64,000 nucleotides of DNA from Gloeobacterales cyanobacterium (GCA_038245785.1 JBBRSB010000001.1:128001-192000); one strand, 5' to 3'. Shown: positions 29,857 to 39,331, counted from the first letter of the stretch. Notes: generated by a model from the letters alone, not told the origin. A program made the numbers and translations.

Positions 29857-30217
29857 GTTCAAATCCTTATTTGAAAAAACCATTACCCATAACTTGCAAT
29901 ATCAGGAGCTAAGTTGCGACATGCCAGAATTCCAAGATTTTCACATACCCAGCATGACACGTAGATATCCAAGTGTAATCATACTGAGTTGAAGCAGAAA
30001 GTCAATTGAAAGATCTTTCGGTTAATTTGGTGAGCTTTTAGCCGATTTTGACTTTCCTGCAATTTTATTTGATTTGGTCGAACATTAGGTTGTGGGGAAC
30101 GGCTCCATCCACCGTGAGGATAAGAGGCGCAGAAAGCAAGCGGTGACTATACTCAAGTTATCTACCTCTACTCCAGTAGCTTTTTGAGCGAATATTTATT
30201 CTAAGAGTTGATCAAGC

Positions 30218-30514
30218 ATGCTTACCACGACTGACATTGGTACATTAATCACTCGTTCTTCAGAAATCGGGAGTGGTCGTCCGATGATTGCGGGCACGAG
30301 AACCTCGGTAAGGCGCGTGGTTGTTCTATATAAACAAGGTGCAGGTGCAGAAGAAATAGCCCGTCGCATGAGTCATCTCAGCCTTGCCCAGGTTTATGCG
30401 GCACTAGCTTACTATCATGCCAACCGCGACGAGATTGAAGCAGATTTGGCTGAAGAGGAAGCTGAATATTCCAGATTAGCAGCAGCACACGGTAAAAATG
30501 CTGGACAGAGCTAG
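30218..30514 (+). CDS. DUF433 antitoxin
   Basis: GRPMIAGTRTSV, HLSLAQVYAALAYYHAN. Confidence 0.9.
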   Translation: MLTTTDIGTLITRSSEIGSGRPMIAGTRTSVRRVVVLYKQGAGAEEIARRMSHLSLAQVYAALAYYHANRDEIEADLAEEEAEYSRLAAAHGKNAGQS

Positions 30515-30516
30515 GA

Positions 30517-30891
30517 ATGGGCAAAATTCTGCTGTATCTTGATGAAGACTCAATGGATCAGGACTTTGTACAGGCGCTGCGGTCACGCAATGTCGATGTT
30601 CTGACCGTTGCAGATGCAGGGATGTTCTACAGGACAGATGAAGAGCAGCTCGCCTGGGCAGCAGAACATTATCGAGTCATTTTCAGCTTCAATACAAGAG
30701 ATTTTTATCGCTTGCACACGATTTTGCTGGAGCAGGGATTGTCTCATGCAGGAATTGTGCTAGCACCGCAACAGCGATATGGAGTGGGCGAACTCATGCG
30801 CGGAGTTCTAAATTTGATTAATACTAAGTCGGCAGAAGAGATGGTTAGTCAACTAGAATTTCTGAGTGATTGGGTCCCAGGAGAAAGATGA
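30517..30891 (+). CDS. DUF5615 PIN-like toxin
   Basis: LYLDED, DEEQLAWA, SFNTRDF, HAGIV; directly follows DUF433. Confidence 0.88.
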   Translation: MGKILLYLDEDSMDQDFVQALRSRNVDVLTVADAGMFYRTDEEQLAWAAEHYRVIFSFNTRDFYRLHTILLEQGLSHAGIVLAPQQRYGVGELMRGVLNLINTKSAEEMVSQLEFLSDWVPGER

Positions 30892-30957
30892 TCAATTGCC
30901 AGAACAACAGAGAGAAAATTGCAAAGTTATCAATCAACTTACTCAACAGGCAGAACT

Positions 30958-31134
30958 ATGACAAATGAAATCCCTCCAGTAACCCAAAAAGCCTTAGAAA
31001 TGCTCAAAAAAGTTGCCGCTGAGACCCTCGATCGTAAGCGTCGCCTGGGTCATTATGCCGTCATCTGGCGCGATGGGAAACCTGTGGCGATTGGTGAAGA
31101 TGCGCCGGATAGCCTTCGAGACAATTGCCCCTAA
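30958..31134 (+). CDS. Small hypothetical protein (type usually found after AAA/zeta-like ATPases)
   Basis: LDRKRRLGHYAVIWRDGKPV motif; family context recalled, not searched. Confidence 0.55.
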   Translation: MTNEIPPVTQKALEMLKKVAAETLDRKRRLGHYAVIWRDGKPVAIGEDAPDSLRDNCP

Positions 31135-31137
31135 GAA

Positions 31138-32739
31138 TTACGGTTCTTGTGGAGCTTGGAGAGACTCCATCGATTTGCTCGGAAGTCTTGCTTCGCGGAT
31201 CAGGTGGGCGTAAGTTTCTGAAGGTCTGTCCCCAAGATGGTCTTCAACCAGTCGATTGGTGCCCTTAGCAAAGTCGATCGAGAGAAGGCCGAACCGAGGC
31301 GTGTAGGAACCCCATTCGTAGTTATCCATCAAGGACCAGTGCATGTAGCCAGCGATTGGGACACTTTCTGAGAGCAGACGCAGAACTTGCTGGACGTGCG
31401 CCTGTAAAAACTCGCTGCGCAGTAGCTGGTCAGGACGATGAAGGGCAATGCTGTTGTCAGGTCTGCGGCGCATGGCCATCCCATTTTCAGCAATCAGGAT
31501 CGGGCGAGGGGCAAAATTCTGAGCGTAGTACTTGCAAAAGAAGTGTAAACCTTCTGGAAGGCTGCGCCAGTCCCACCACTTGCTCATAACGCCACTCATC
31601 AGCCAGGAAGGTAAACCACGAGTGGGAAACTCGAAGTCAGAAAAAGTTGGCAGGCGGAAGCTGTGTGCAAGAAAAGGATCGTAATAGTCGATGGCGACAT
31701 AATCGAAGACTGAGTCGCGTGGAGATACTTCCAGTTCATGCAGGTAGAGGTTTAGGTGCTGGCTATTAAACGTGCGATAGCCGAACCAATTAGAGATCCA
31801 GTGAGCGAAGCGGCCCACTTGGTAGGGAAGGTCATGGCGAAAAGGTAAATTGGCGGTTACCATTGCCGCTTCGAAGCGCTTAGCCTGGTCATAGATGTAC
31901 TCATGAAGTTGTGTGGGTGCAACCTTTCTTTCCCGAAGACTGAGCAAATCCCAAAGAACTTTGTCGGACCAGTAGAGATCGCTGGAATAGGTGTTGATCG
32001 ATACCTGTGGCGAGGACCAGCCTTCGTGTAGATAGAGGTCGTGGATGCAGTTATAGGCGCGCACATGGGCGGCTAGCAAGTGATTGTAGGCTTGCAGGAC
32101 CCGCTGCGGTCCAGATAGAGCCCCAGAGGGGAACTGGCGACCGATGTAGGTATTAAGCACCAGCATATTCGGTTCGTTGATAGTGATGAACCATCGAATC
32201 GGTGGCTGATGATAGTGATCGGCTAGACGACGGTTGATATGGGTGACCGTTGTCCACACATACTCCCCGAACAGATCGATGGTGGAAGCTTGTAGCCAGG
32301 CATCGGCACCGAGCCAGGCCGGATGGGTAAAGTGATGCAGGGTAACTACAGGCTCCATCCCTTGATAACGGCAGGCAGCCAAACGATCTGCATAGCCGTC
32401 TAAGGCAGCAAAATCGAAGGGAGGAGCCGACTCGGGGCGCTGACTACTGGAAGGCTGAATGCGAGCCCATTCCAATCCCAGACGAAAAGAGTTTAGGCCC
32501 ATGTCCTGGCAGCTCTGAAAATCTTCTTCATATCGCGTCCAGAACTCTACGGCCTTGCCCGTATTCATGACTGCGCCCTTGGCCTCGCTGCGCGACCAAT
32601 TGTTCTGGGGCTGTCCAGGACCGTTGTAGCCGCCCTCACTTTGGTAGCCAGAGGTGGCCACACCCCACAAAAATGGCTTAGGCGAACCAGACGCTGGCGG
32701 CGTGTCCGGTTGGTCCCCTTCTCTATGCTCAGTCTTCAT
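31138..32739 (-). CDS. Glycoside hydrolase family 1
   Basis: FLWGVATSGYQSEG, FRLGLEWARIQP, TINEPN acid/base, IAENG nucleophile, WSLMDNYEW. Confidence 0.92.
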   Translation of the reverse strand: MKTEHREGDQPDTPPASGSPKPFLWGVATSGYQSEGGYNGPGQPQNNWSRSEAKGAVMNTGKAVEFWTRYEEDFQSCQDMGLNSFRLGLEWARIQPSSSQRPESAPPFDFAALDGYADRLAACRYQGMEPVVTLHHFTHPAWLGADAWLQASTIDLFGEYVWTTVTHINRRLADHYHQPPIRWFITINEPNMLVLNTYIGRQFPSGALSGPQRVLQAYNHLLAAHVRAYNCIHDLYLHEGWSSPQVSINTYSSDLYWSDKVLWDLLSLRERKVAPTQLHEYIYDQAKRFEAAMVTANLPFRHDLPYQVGRFAHWISNWFGYRTFNSQHLNLYLHELEVSPRDSVFDYVAIDYYDPFLAHSFRLPTFSDFEFPTRGLPSWLMSGVMSKWWDWRSLPEGLHFFCKYYAQNFAPRPILIAENGMAMRRRPDNSIALHRPDQLLRSEFLQAHVQQVLRLLSESVPIAGYMHWSLMDNYEWGSYTPRFGLLSIDFAKGTNRLVEDHLGDRPSETYAHLIREARLPSKSMESLQAPQEP

Positions 32740-33890
32740 CACAATTCAATGATCTCACGCTCTTGCAGTTGAGCCAAGACAAAATCGGCAATATCTATCG
32801 CTGCCTGGGGCTTCCCGAATTTCTTGGCTTGATGACGCATAAAAGCAAGATGGTCAGGCTGACTGAGTAGAAATTGAACCGCAGGCGCTACCATTTCCGG
32901 CAATCGCAACTGGATACCCACACCATAAGCGGCGATAGCATCGGCATTCCATTCTTCCTGTCCTGGGATTGGGTCAATGATCACCAGGGGCGTGCCCCGA
33001 GCCATCACTTCACTGGCAATTAGACCACCCGCCTTCGTAATCACAATGTCGCTGGCCGCGATCAGATCGTCAATATAGTTGATGTGCTCTAGTAACCGTA
33101 ACTGCAGGTCAGGTCCGTCAGTCAAATCAGCCAGGGCAGGAGCTAGAGCCTGGTTCCGTCCCGTCGCCACTACCAGTATTCCAGGCATGGAACTTTCCAA
33201 TAGCCCTGTCACCATCACCCGTACACGCTTTGGCTGCAACCCACCCCCAAAGAGGGTGATCACCGGGACATCGAGCGGCAGATCGTGCTGGATGCGCATT
33301 GCCTCAGAGGGCTTTGGATTAAGGATCTCCAGGTTCACCGGAATTCCTGTCACATGCAGGAGCTGAGGATCAATTCCCTGTTTGGTCAGGATGTTGGCCG
33401 TCAATTCACTGGCAACAAAATAACCATCGACTCCATGATTGATCCAGGTGCTATGCGCCACTGAATCGGTGATCACCACAAAGTGCGGCTGGGGCAGCTC
33501 GTCATTCCCTTGCTTCAAGAGCTGTAGCAGCCTGCTCGGAATCTGTTGCACACAAATAAAGGCATCTGGAGCTGAGGTCTTAATCAGTTGTTCAAAATTT
33601 TTAAAAAAGGGACGCTCAATCTTACTAAGCAACAGGGTATTGCTCATCGAATCTTTGAGATCGGAGACATCGCTGCCCTCATAGATCAGTCGATAGAGCC
33701 GGGGAGCCTTCTCGCTAAGCTGCTCATAGGCCCGCGTCAAAGTCTCTCGCAAAATCGGACTCGCGTAGGCAAGGGCATCTTCAATCTGAACTTCAACCCT
33801 AGGATAGCGCTCGAATGCCCTGCCCAGAGCACTAGCAGCATGGCTATGTCCTGAGCCAAGGGAAGCATAAAGTATCAAAATCCGGGGCAT
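32739..33890 (-). CDS. GT28 diacylglycerol glycosyltransferase (UgtP/MGDG-synthase-like)
   Basis: ASLGSGH..AA.AL, VVITD..AH..W, TGIPV, ITKAGGL..SE, PIPGQEEWNA; start at MPRILILY. Confidence 0.9.
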   Translation of the reverse strand: MPRILILYASLGSGHSHAASALGRAFERYPRVEVQIEDALAYASPILRETLTRAYEQLSEKAPRLYRLIYEGSDVSDLKDSMSNTLLLSKIERPFFKNFEQLIKTSAPDAFICVQQIPSRLLQLLKQGNDELPQPHFVVITDSVAHSTWINHGVDGYFVASELTANILTKQGIDPQLLHVTGIPVNLEILNPKPSEAMRIQHDLPLDVPVITLFGGGLQPKRVRVMVTGLLESSMPGILVVATGRNQALAPALADLTDGPDLQLRLLEHINYIDDLIAASDIVITKAGGLIASEVMARGTPLVIIDPIPGQEEWNADAIAAYGVGIQLRLPEMVAPAVQFLLSQPDHLAFMRHQAKKFGKPQAAIDIADFVLAQLQEREIIEL

Positions 33891-34041
33891 GGAAACTAGC
33901 CTTGGTGGATGCAAGCAACCCTCGCAAACCCCCTAAGCGGAGTCTAACACAACAGTCTTGGAACCAGACTCCACGATACTTAAAAGTACGTTGAAATAGG
34001 TCTTGGGATGATAGCTTCGGAAATATGTGCGTCTCCTAACC

Positions 34042-34776
34042 ATGAATGATGTTCTCTGGCTATCTATTCTATTTTTCGTCGCCGCTTTGCTTTACTCTTC
34101 AGTCGGTCATGCAGGGGCTTCAGGCTACATTGCGGCCATGGCCTTATTTGGACTAGCACCAGCGGTGATTAAGCCCACTGCTCTCTTTTTGAATATTCTG
34201 GTGGCCCTGATTGCCACGGTGCAGTTTTACAGGGCTGGTCATTTTTCCTGGAAAGTCTTCTGGCCTCTGGCTCTGGGTTCTATCCCCTTTGCCTTTCTCG
34301 GGGGGGCATTGTCTTTACCAACGACTATCTATAAGCAAGTGGTAGGGCTCGTTCTACTGTTTGCCGCCTATCGACTTTTTACATACACTAAGGCAGTTGT
34401 TAAGACCAACGCTAAATCCCTGCCTGTAGGGCTTGCCATCCCCCTGGGTGCTGGGATTGGCTTCCTATCAGGTCTAACGGGCGTGGGTGGCGGAATTTTT
34501 TTGAGCCCACTCTTGCTCTTGATGGGCTGGACCGAAATGAAACAGACCGCTGCCATCTCCGCAGCATTTATTTTGGTCAATTCTGTCGCTGGATTGGCAG
34601 GGAATTACGCCAGTGTACAGTTTCTTCCCAGTGTGCTGCCCTTTTGGGCGGCAGCAGCCCTCCTCGGTGGATTTATTGGTTCCCGATTTGGAAGTTCTCG
34701 AGCGCAACCTGACAGCATTCGTCGTTTACTTTCGTTAGTCTTGTTAATTGCTGGATTGAAGCTGATACTTACTTAA
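34042..34776 (+). CDS. TauE/SafE sulfite-exporter-family membrane protein
   Basis: YSSVGHAGASGY, SGLTGVGGGIFLSP, multiple TM helices. Confidence 0.9.
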   Translation: MNDVLWLSILFFVAALLYSSVGHAGASGYIAAMALFGLAPAVIKPTALFLNILVALIATVQFYRAGHFSWKVFWPLALGSIPFAFLGGALSLPTTIYKQVVGLVLLFAAYRLFTYTKAVVKTNAKSLPVGLAIPLGAGIGFLSGLTGVGGGIFLSPLLLLMGWTEMKQTAAISAAFILVNSVAGLAGNYASVQFLPSVLPFWAAAALLGGFIGSRFGSSRAQPDSIRRLLSLVLLIAGLKLILT

Positions 34777-34781
34777 ATTAT

Positions 34782-36056
34782 CTAGACAGTCGGGAGATGC
34801 ACCGTAAACGTACTGCCATTTCCGGAGACACTGTTGACCGTAATCTGCCCCTGATGGGTTTCTAAAATCTTCTTCACGATCGCCAGCCCTAAGCCTGTGC
34901 CTCCTGCCGATTGGGTACGGGATTCATCCACGCGATAAAAACGGTCAAACAATTGAGGCAGATGTTGCGCGGCAATGCCCACGCCAGAATCACAAACCTT
35001 GATTTCAGCTTGGTCAGCCGTTTGAGTTAAGTGAATTTCGACCTTCCCTTCTGCAGGTGTGTACTTGATGGCATTGACAATCAGGTTGGTAAACAAGCGA
35101 TAGAGCTGGTCTTCATATCCGCGAACTTTAGGGTCTGTTTCAGGAAGCTGACAGGTAAACTTAAGTTTCTTCGCTTCTGCTTGAGGAGCCAATTCTTCAT
35201 AGAGGTCAGACAGGATCGTCTTCAGAGAACAGCGCTCTAGTTTTGGCTGTTCTGCGACATCCACACGGTCAGCACGGGCCAGCCAGAGGAGGTCGTTGGT
35301 CAAGGAGCCCATACGTTGAGCTGTTTCGACAATTGCTGTGAACTTTGCCTGAGTTTGTTGGGGCGTGAGCGGGCCACTTTGCGCCGCACTTTGAGCGGTC
35401 GTCAGGATTGTAGCCACTGGAGTCCGCAATTCATGAGAAGCATCAGCGGTGAACTGCTGTAGCTTTTCATAGGATTCCTGGATAGGGACCATCGCTCTTC
35501 CGGCCAGAAACCAGGCCGCCAGAGCAATCACGCCCTGCAAAAGAGGAACCGATACCAAAAGGCCTAACAGGACTTGTTTAAAAACTTCGTCCATTTCTTC
35601 TAAGGACGCGCCAACCTGTATTATACCCGATGGCGTTTTCACGGTTAGTTGGCGGTACGATACTTCCCCTGTATCTACGGTGGCAAATCCTAGGATTGGA
35701 TCTCGATTGACAGGAATAGCTGCTTGCTCGTCATCCAGATCTCCATGTTTTTCCTCCCACCGCAAGTTTCCGCGCGCGTCATACAGACGGGCATAGGCCA
35801 GGTCAGCTACTCGGAAGTCTTCCCGGATATCAGTGTGGGGTCTTGTAAGTGTGAAATTCTGTTCACTCAGATGTGCCATCTCTTCTCTATTTGCAAAAGG
35901 GCTGACCAGGGTTTTCAGAGCACGGTCTACTGCTTGAATTTGCCCAGCATGAACAACTTTGAGAAATATCCCTGAAGCAAGCAGCAGAATCACGCCCATG
36001 ACCAAGGCATACCAAAGCGTCAATTTCCAGCGAGTCTGGGCAAAAACTTTATTCAT
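34782..36056 (-). CDS. Sensor histidine kinase (RppB/CopS-like)
   Basis: Two TM helices, H-box FTADASHELRTP, N-box NLIVNAIKYT, DSGVGI, FDRFYR, GGTGLGL. Confidence 0.93.
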   Translation of the reverse strand: MNKVFAQTRWKLTLWYALVMGVILLLASGIFLKVVHAGQIQAVDRALKTLVSPFANREEMAHLSEQNFTLTRPHTDIREDFRVADLAYARLYDARGNLRWEEKHGDLDDEQAAIPVNRDPILGFATVDTGEVSYRQLTVKTPSGIIQVGASLEEMDEVFKQVLLGLLVSVPLLQGVIALAAWFLAGRAMVPIQESYEKLQQFTADASHELRTPVATILTTAQSAAQSGPLTPQQTQAKFTAIVETAQRMGSLTNDLLWLARADRVDVAEQPKLERCSLKTILSDLYEELAPQAEAKKLKFTCQLPETDPKVRGYEDQLYRLFTNLIVNAIKYTPAEGKVEIHLTQTADQAEIKVCDSGVGIAAQHLPQLFDRFYRVDESRTQSAGGTGLGLAIVKKILETHQGQITVNSVSGNGSTFTVHLPTV

Positions 36057-36736
36057 CACGGCTCTCCCAGAGCCCCATACCGATACCCTACTCCATATAC
36101 CGTATGAATGAGGGGCTTACTGAAACCTTGGTCTATTTTTTGGCGCAAGAGCCGAACTTGGGCAGCCACTACATTACTCTCTGGTTCCTCACCGATTTCC
36201 CACAAGCGTTCAATAATTTGGTCACGGGTGAGCGCTTGGCCGGGATGGGTGAGGAAATACTCTAGCAGTTGGAATTCTTTGCGATTCAAGGCAATCGTTT
36301 TGTCTTCTCGGTAGGCCGTCATCGTTTGCAAATCGAGCCGCACTCCATCAGCTTCAATCACTTGGTCTTGGAAACTGGTCGGGCGGCGGAGCAAGGCCCG
36401 GACTCTCGCTAGTAGTTCGGCGGTATCGAAGGGTTTAATCATATAGTCATCGGCCCCTGCATCCAAACCTTGCACCTTATCGAGGGAGAGGTCTTTGGCG
36501 GTCAGCATCAGCACAGGGGTACTCTTGCCGGAGCGCCTCAATTTACGGCAAAGTTCTATGCCTGAGAGCCCCGGCAGCATCCAATCCAAAATCAGTAAAT
36601 CATAGGCCACCGTCTGAGCAAGATCCCAGCCATCATCCCCCCGATAGACAACATCGGTCACATGTCCAGCAGCCGTTAAAACATCCTTTAAGGCATGGGC
36701 TAAGTTTTCCTCATCTTCAACCAGTAAAAGACGCAT
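36056..36736 (-). CDS. OmpR-family response regulator (RppA/CopR-like)
   Basis: LLVEDE, LDWMLPG, KPF, SNVVAAQVRLLRQK, IHTVYGVGYR. Confidence 0.95.
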   Translation of the reverse strand: MRLLLVEDEENLAHALKDVLTAAGHVTDVVYRGDDGWDLAQTVAYDLLILDWMLPGLSGIELCRKLRRSGKSTPVLMLTAKDLSLDKVQGLDAGADDYMIKPFDTAELLARVRALLRRPTSFQDQVIEADGVRLDLQTMTAYREDKTIALNRKEFQLLEYFLTHPGQALTRDQIIERLWEIGEEPESNVVAAQVRLLRQKIDQGFSKPLIHTVYGVGYRYGALGEP

Positions 36737-36742
36737 AGTGCT

Positions 36743-37111
36743 CTATATTCCTGAATCTTTTGAACTGAAAAGATAGGCTTCTAAAAGTTGCCGTTGTTTA
36801 GGGTCTAGAGGACGCACATCGCCTCGACCAAAATGATCCGGTAATCCTTGGATGATCCGCTTCCATGATCGCGCACTCAGGTCCTGCTGTTCAAACAATC
36901 GATGACAATCGGCACAGTTAGCTCGGTTAATTTGAGCCCCAAGATTTCTGGCTTGGGGAGAACCATCTACTTTCACATTCTTGGGAATCACGACCGGGGG
37001 TGGGGGTGGAGTGCGGAGCTTTTCCAGAAAAACCCCTAAGGCTATTGCTGGCCCAACGGTTAATGCGATTGGAAATAGATATTTGAGCAGGGGAGAGCGA
37101 CTAGTCGTCAT
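36743..37111 (-). CDS. Membrane-anchored c-type cytochrome (dihaem cytochrome c N-domain-like, single CXXCH)
   Basis: TM helix, Pro linker, CADCH, LSARSWKRIIQGLPDHFG; start at MTTSRSP overlapping the upstream stop. Confidence 0.75.
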   Translation of the reverse strand: MTTSRSPLLKYLFPIALTVGPAIALGVFLEKLRTPPPPPVVIPKNVKVDGSPQARNLGAQINRANCADCHRLFEQQDLSARSWKRIIQGLPDHFGRGDVRPLDPKQRQLLEAYLFSSKDSGI

Positions 37112-37373
37112 CCCTTCCACCCAGTTCCTCTCGCTCTCCTCTTTCTCCTCGCTCATGCTCTTCCGATTCAAAAGCCTCACCCCTTTCCCGAGTTCTGCCA
37201 GGGGTAGCGGATGCCTCTTGACGAGCATTATTCACAGAAGTACCGGAGTCTGCGGAATTCTTTCCATTACCCAGGGCTCCAAAGATGCCCCAGGCTGTGG
37301 CACCCCCACCTATGAAGAGTAGAGCCATTACTACATAGGGCATAACCGTTTTGCCAAAATCAGCCTTCGACAC
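37101..37373 (-). CDS. Small single-TM protein with acidic E/R/G-rich tail
   Basis: TM YVVMALLFIGGGATAWGIFG, tail EAFESEEHERGERGEREELGGRDDD; overlaps both neighbours. Confidence 0.65.
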   Translation of the reverse strand: MSKADFGKTVMPYVVMALLFIGGGATAWGIFGALGNGKNSADSGTSVNNARQEASATPGRTRERGEAFESEEHERGERGEREELGGRDDD

Positions 37374-37950
37374 GACGACCTCCTAGATCATTAGATATGA
37401 ATGCAGACAGCACTAAAGGAACACCACCCACTTTCACCATCAGGAGCAGGTGGGCCAGGACAACCAAACCCAAGAAGGGTGCCAGTCCCAGATGCACGGA
37501 ACGAATAAAACTATCTCCTCCAAGAATCGAAGCCCAAAGCCCCATCCCACCCCAATTGGTCAGAATCAAGCCAGTGACAGCAAAAAGGGTAGAAAGCCAG
37601 GTCAGGGCTGTATTAATGTAGCGATGGAGAGCATAGTTCCAGCGTTGCCAGTTCTGTACCGATGTAACAAGCACTTCTGCATCCTGCTCTCGGAAAAGTT
37701 TTTTTCCACCTGAGATCGCCTGATACAGAGAAAATCCCAGTCCATTGGTCAGGAACAACCAAGCCAAGGCGATGTGTAAGGCTTTCGGATTCCCAGCCCA
37801 AGTTCCTAGCGTAAAAACTTTAGGAATTAGACCAAATCCTTGATCCCAGGCGTTATAGGACTGCAGCCCTGTAAAAAGCAGGAGCAAAACGGCGAGGCCA
37901 TGAACGGCATGAACCACTCGAAAAAGATTGTTTTGCTTAGGAATGGCCAT
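37360..37950 (-). CDS. Cytochrome b (Ni/Fe-hydrogenase b-type/b561-like) membrane protein
   Basis: Four TM segments with His ligands (RVVHAVH, ALHIALAW, SVHLG..LAHLL), KVGGVPL end. Confidence 0.8.
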   Translation of the reverse strand: MAIPKQNNLFRVVHAVHGLAVLLLLFTGLQSYNAWDQGFGLIPKVFTLGTWAGNPKALHIALAWLFLTNGLGFSLYQAISGGKKLFREQDAEVLVTSVQNWQRWNYALHRYINTALTWLSTLFAVTGLILTNWGGMGLWASILGGDSFIRSVHLGLAPFLGLVVLAHLLLMVKVGGVPLVLSAFISNDLGGRRVEG

Positions 37951-37982
37951 AGCAGGGCGTGTAAACGTCTATACATAGCCTA

Positions 37983-38008
37983 ATGAAGAATTATGAACTG
38001 GACATGAA
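37983..38008 (-). promoter_or_regulatory. Three TTCAT direct repeats, candidate OmpR-family regulator site
   Basis: Minus strand TTCAT-N6-TTCAT-N5-TTCAT, 33-58 nt upstream of the cytochrome b start. Confidence 0.6.
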
Positions 38009-38011
38009 ATG

Positions 38012-38476
38012 TTAGTTAAGGGTTTTGAGATGCTGATTTTCCTGGGTTCCACCCTTTAGCTGTCGTTGTTCACGCCAAGACTTAAAGGCTACTTCGTATT
38101 TTTCTCCCTTCAGTTGATAGGTCGATAAAGCATGGAGCAGCAAGCCCAATCCCCAACCCAACAGAGGGTATATGGCCCAAGAAACAGTTTGGTCAGTCAC
38201 CAGATTCAAGAGCAGTAAGAATGTATTGACGGCCAGATAGGAAAAGAGGTCGGATTTTAGTCCTTCCTTTAGGGAGGCATCAAATTCCTTCCGTTCCTGG
38301 ATTTCTCCTCGCTGGGTCAACCACTCCTGTTCCGCTATTTGGAGATTATCCGCAGATATTCCCAATTCTGATGCCATTTCCACCAGTTGTTCATGGGAAA
38401 ATTCTCCTTCTTGGTGACGTGTCATCGCTCGTTGGAGAATCTGTTGCACATCTTCGGAACGATAAGAATCAGTCAT
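38012..38476 (-). CDS. 2TM domain-containing protein
   Basis: YRSEDVQQILQRA, QLVEMASELGIS, YLAVNTFLLLLN, WAIYPLLGWGLGLLLH. Confidence 0.85.
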   Translation of the reverse strand: MTDSYRSEDVQQILQRAMTRHQEGEFSHEQLVEMASELGISADNLQIAEQEWLTQRGEIQERKEFDASLKEGLKSDLFSYLAVNTFLLLLNLVTDQTVSWAIYPLLGWGLGLLLHALSTYQLKGEKYEVAFKSWREQRQLKGGTQENQHLKTLN

Positions 38477-38813
38477 AGGATGAACCGCCTTCTACGTCAT
38501 TTTTAAGTTTTATGTTTTATGAGGTTGAGAACATTAGATGCAAAACCAGTGCGCTCACCTTAGTGATACATCGCGCTCACACAGGTAAACAGGGATTTTC
38601 TGAAGCGAACATTTGAGTCAAGACATCAAGCGTTTAGATTCAAATGCATTACTAATGAGTCAATTTCACTTCAGTCATCTATTTAAGCAATCAATAGAGC
38701 TATTAAGTGCGTCAAAATAACTATCTATTCCGAGGTTATCTCCCTAATCCTCTCAAATGGGTAACCTACAAAGAGAAAGTCTGTCTCATCAATAATTAGC
38801 CTACAGAGTAACC

Positions 38814-39191
38814 GTGCGAAAAATCCTTATGATTCCTGCCCTTACCCTTCTGGTTGCATGCGGGAATGGTCAGTCACCAGTAAAGATTATAAATTTGCCT
38901 TCGGGAAAACCAGTGAAGGTTCTCAGCGTAGGGAAGATAGCTTTCTCAAATGACGTTCCGGCCTTGATCCTCAGCTATCAAACTGATCTGAATGCCACAG
39001 ATCTGCCTGCGATGGAAAAGGAGATTGATGAGATCTGGAATACCTTTCGGGTAGACGTGGAGCGAGCCAAGCTCACGAGCGCAATCATCCGTGCTAACAA
39101 CATGCAAAAAGGGTTTATCATCTCGACGGGCGAATCCCATGCAGTCGTTTATCGCAAGGGACAAGATGGGAAATGGTCCCGCCAAAAGTAG
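38814..39191 (+). CDS. Hypothetical lipoprotein
   Basis: Basic N-terminus, hydrophobic stretch, lipobox LVAC. Confidence 0.7.
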   Translation: MRKILMIPALTLLVACGNGQSPVKIINLPSGKPVKVLSVGKIAFSNDVPALILSYQTDLNATDLPAMEKEIDEIWNTFRVDVERAKLTSAIIRANNMQKGFIISTGESHAVVYRKGQDGKWSRQK

Positions 39192-39262
39192 ACTAGCTCC
39201 TCATTTGTCTCGATATACACGGGTGTCTTGCATCGTAACTACAATGTAGTTAAACTTGCAGC

Positions 39263-39331
39263 GTGAGTGCACTGCGGTTCGAGTGGGACGCACGCAAGGC
39301 AACGGCGCACGAGTCGAAGTCGTATCCATAG
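39263..39331 (+). pseudogene. brnT: BrnT toxin remnant with in-frame internal deletion
   Basis: Translates MSALRFEWD-ARKATAHESKSYP*, the BrnT N-terminal FEWD joined to the C-terminal ARKAT motif; directly upstream of BrnA. Confidence 0.75.

Noticed and set aside
30085..30185. Possible degenerate attC before DUF433
   Set aside because: No convincing RYYYAAC/GTTRRRY pair or L-box symmetry.
37112..37228. Upstream extension of the cytochrome c ORF
   Set aside because: It overlaps the acidic-tail gene; ATG 37111 gives a normal coupled start.
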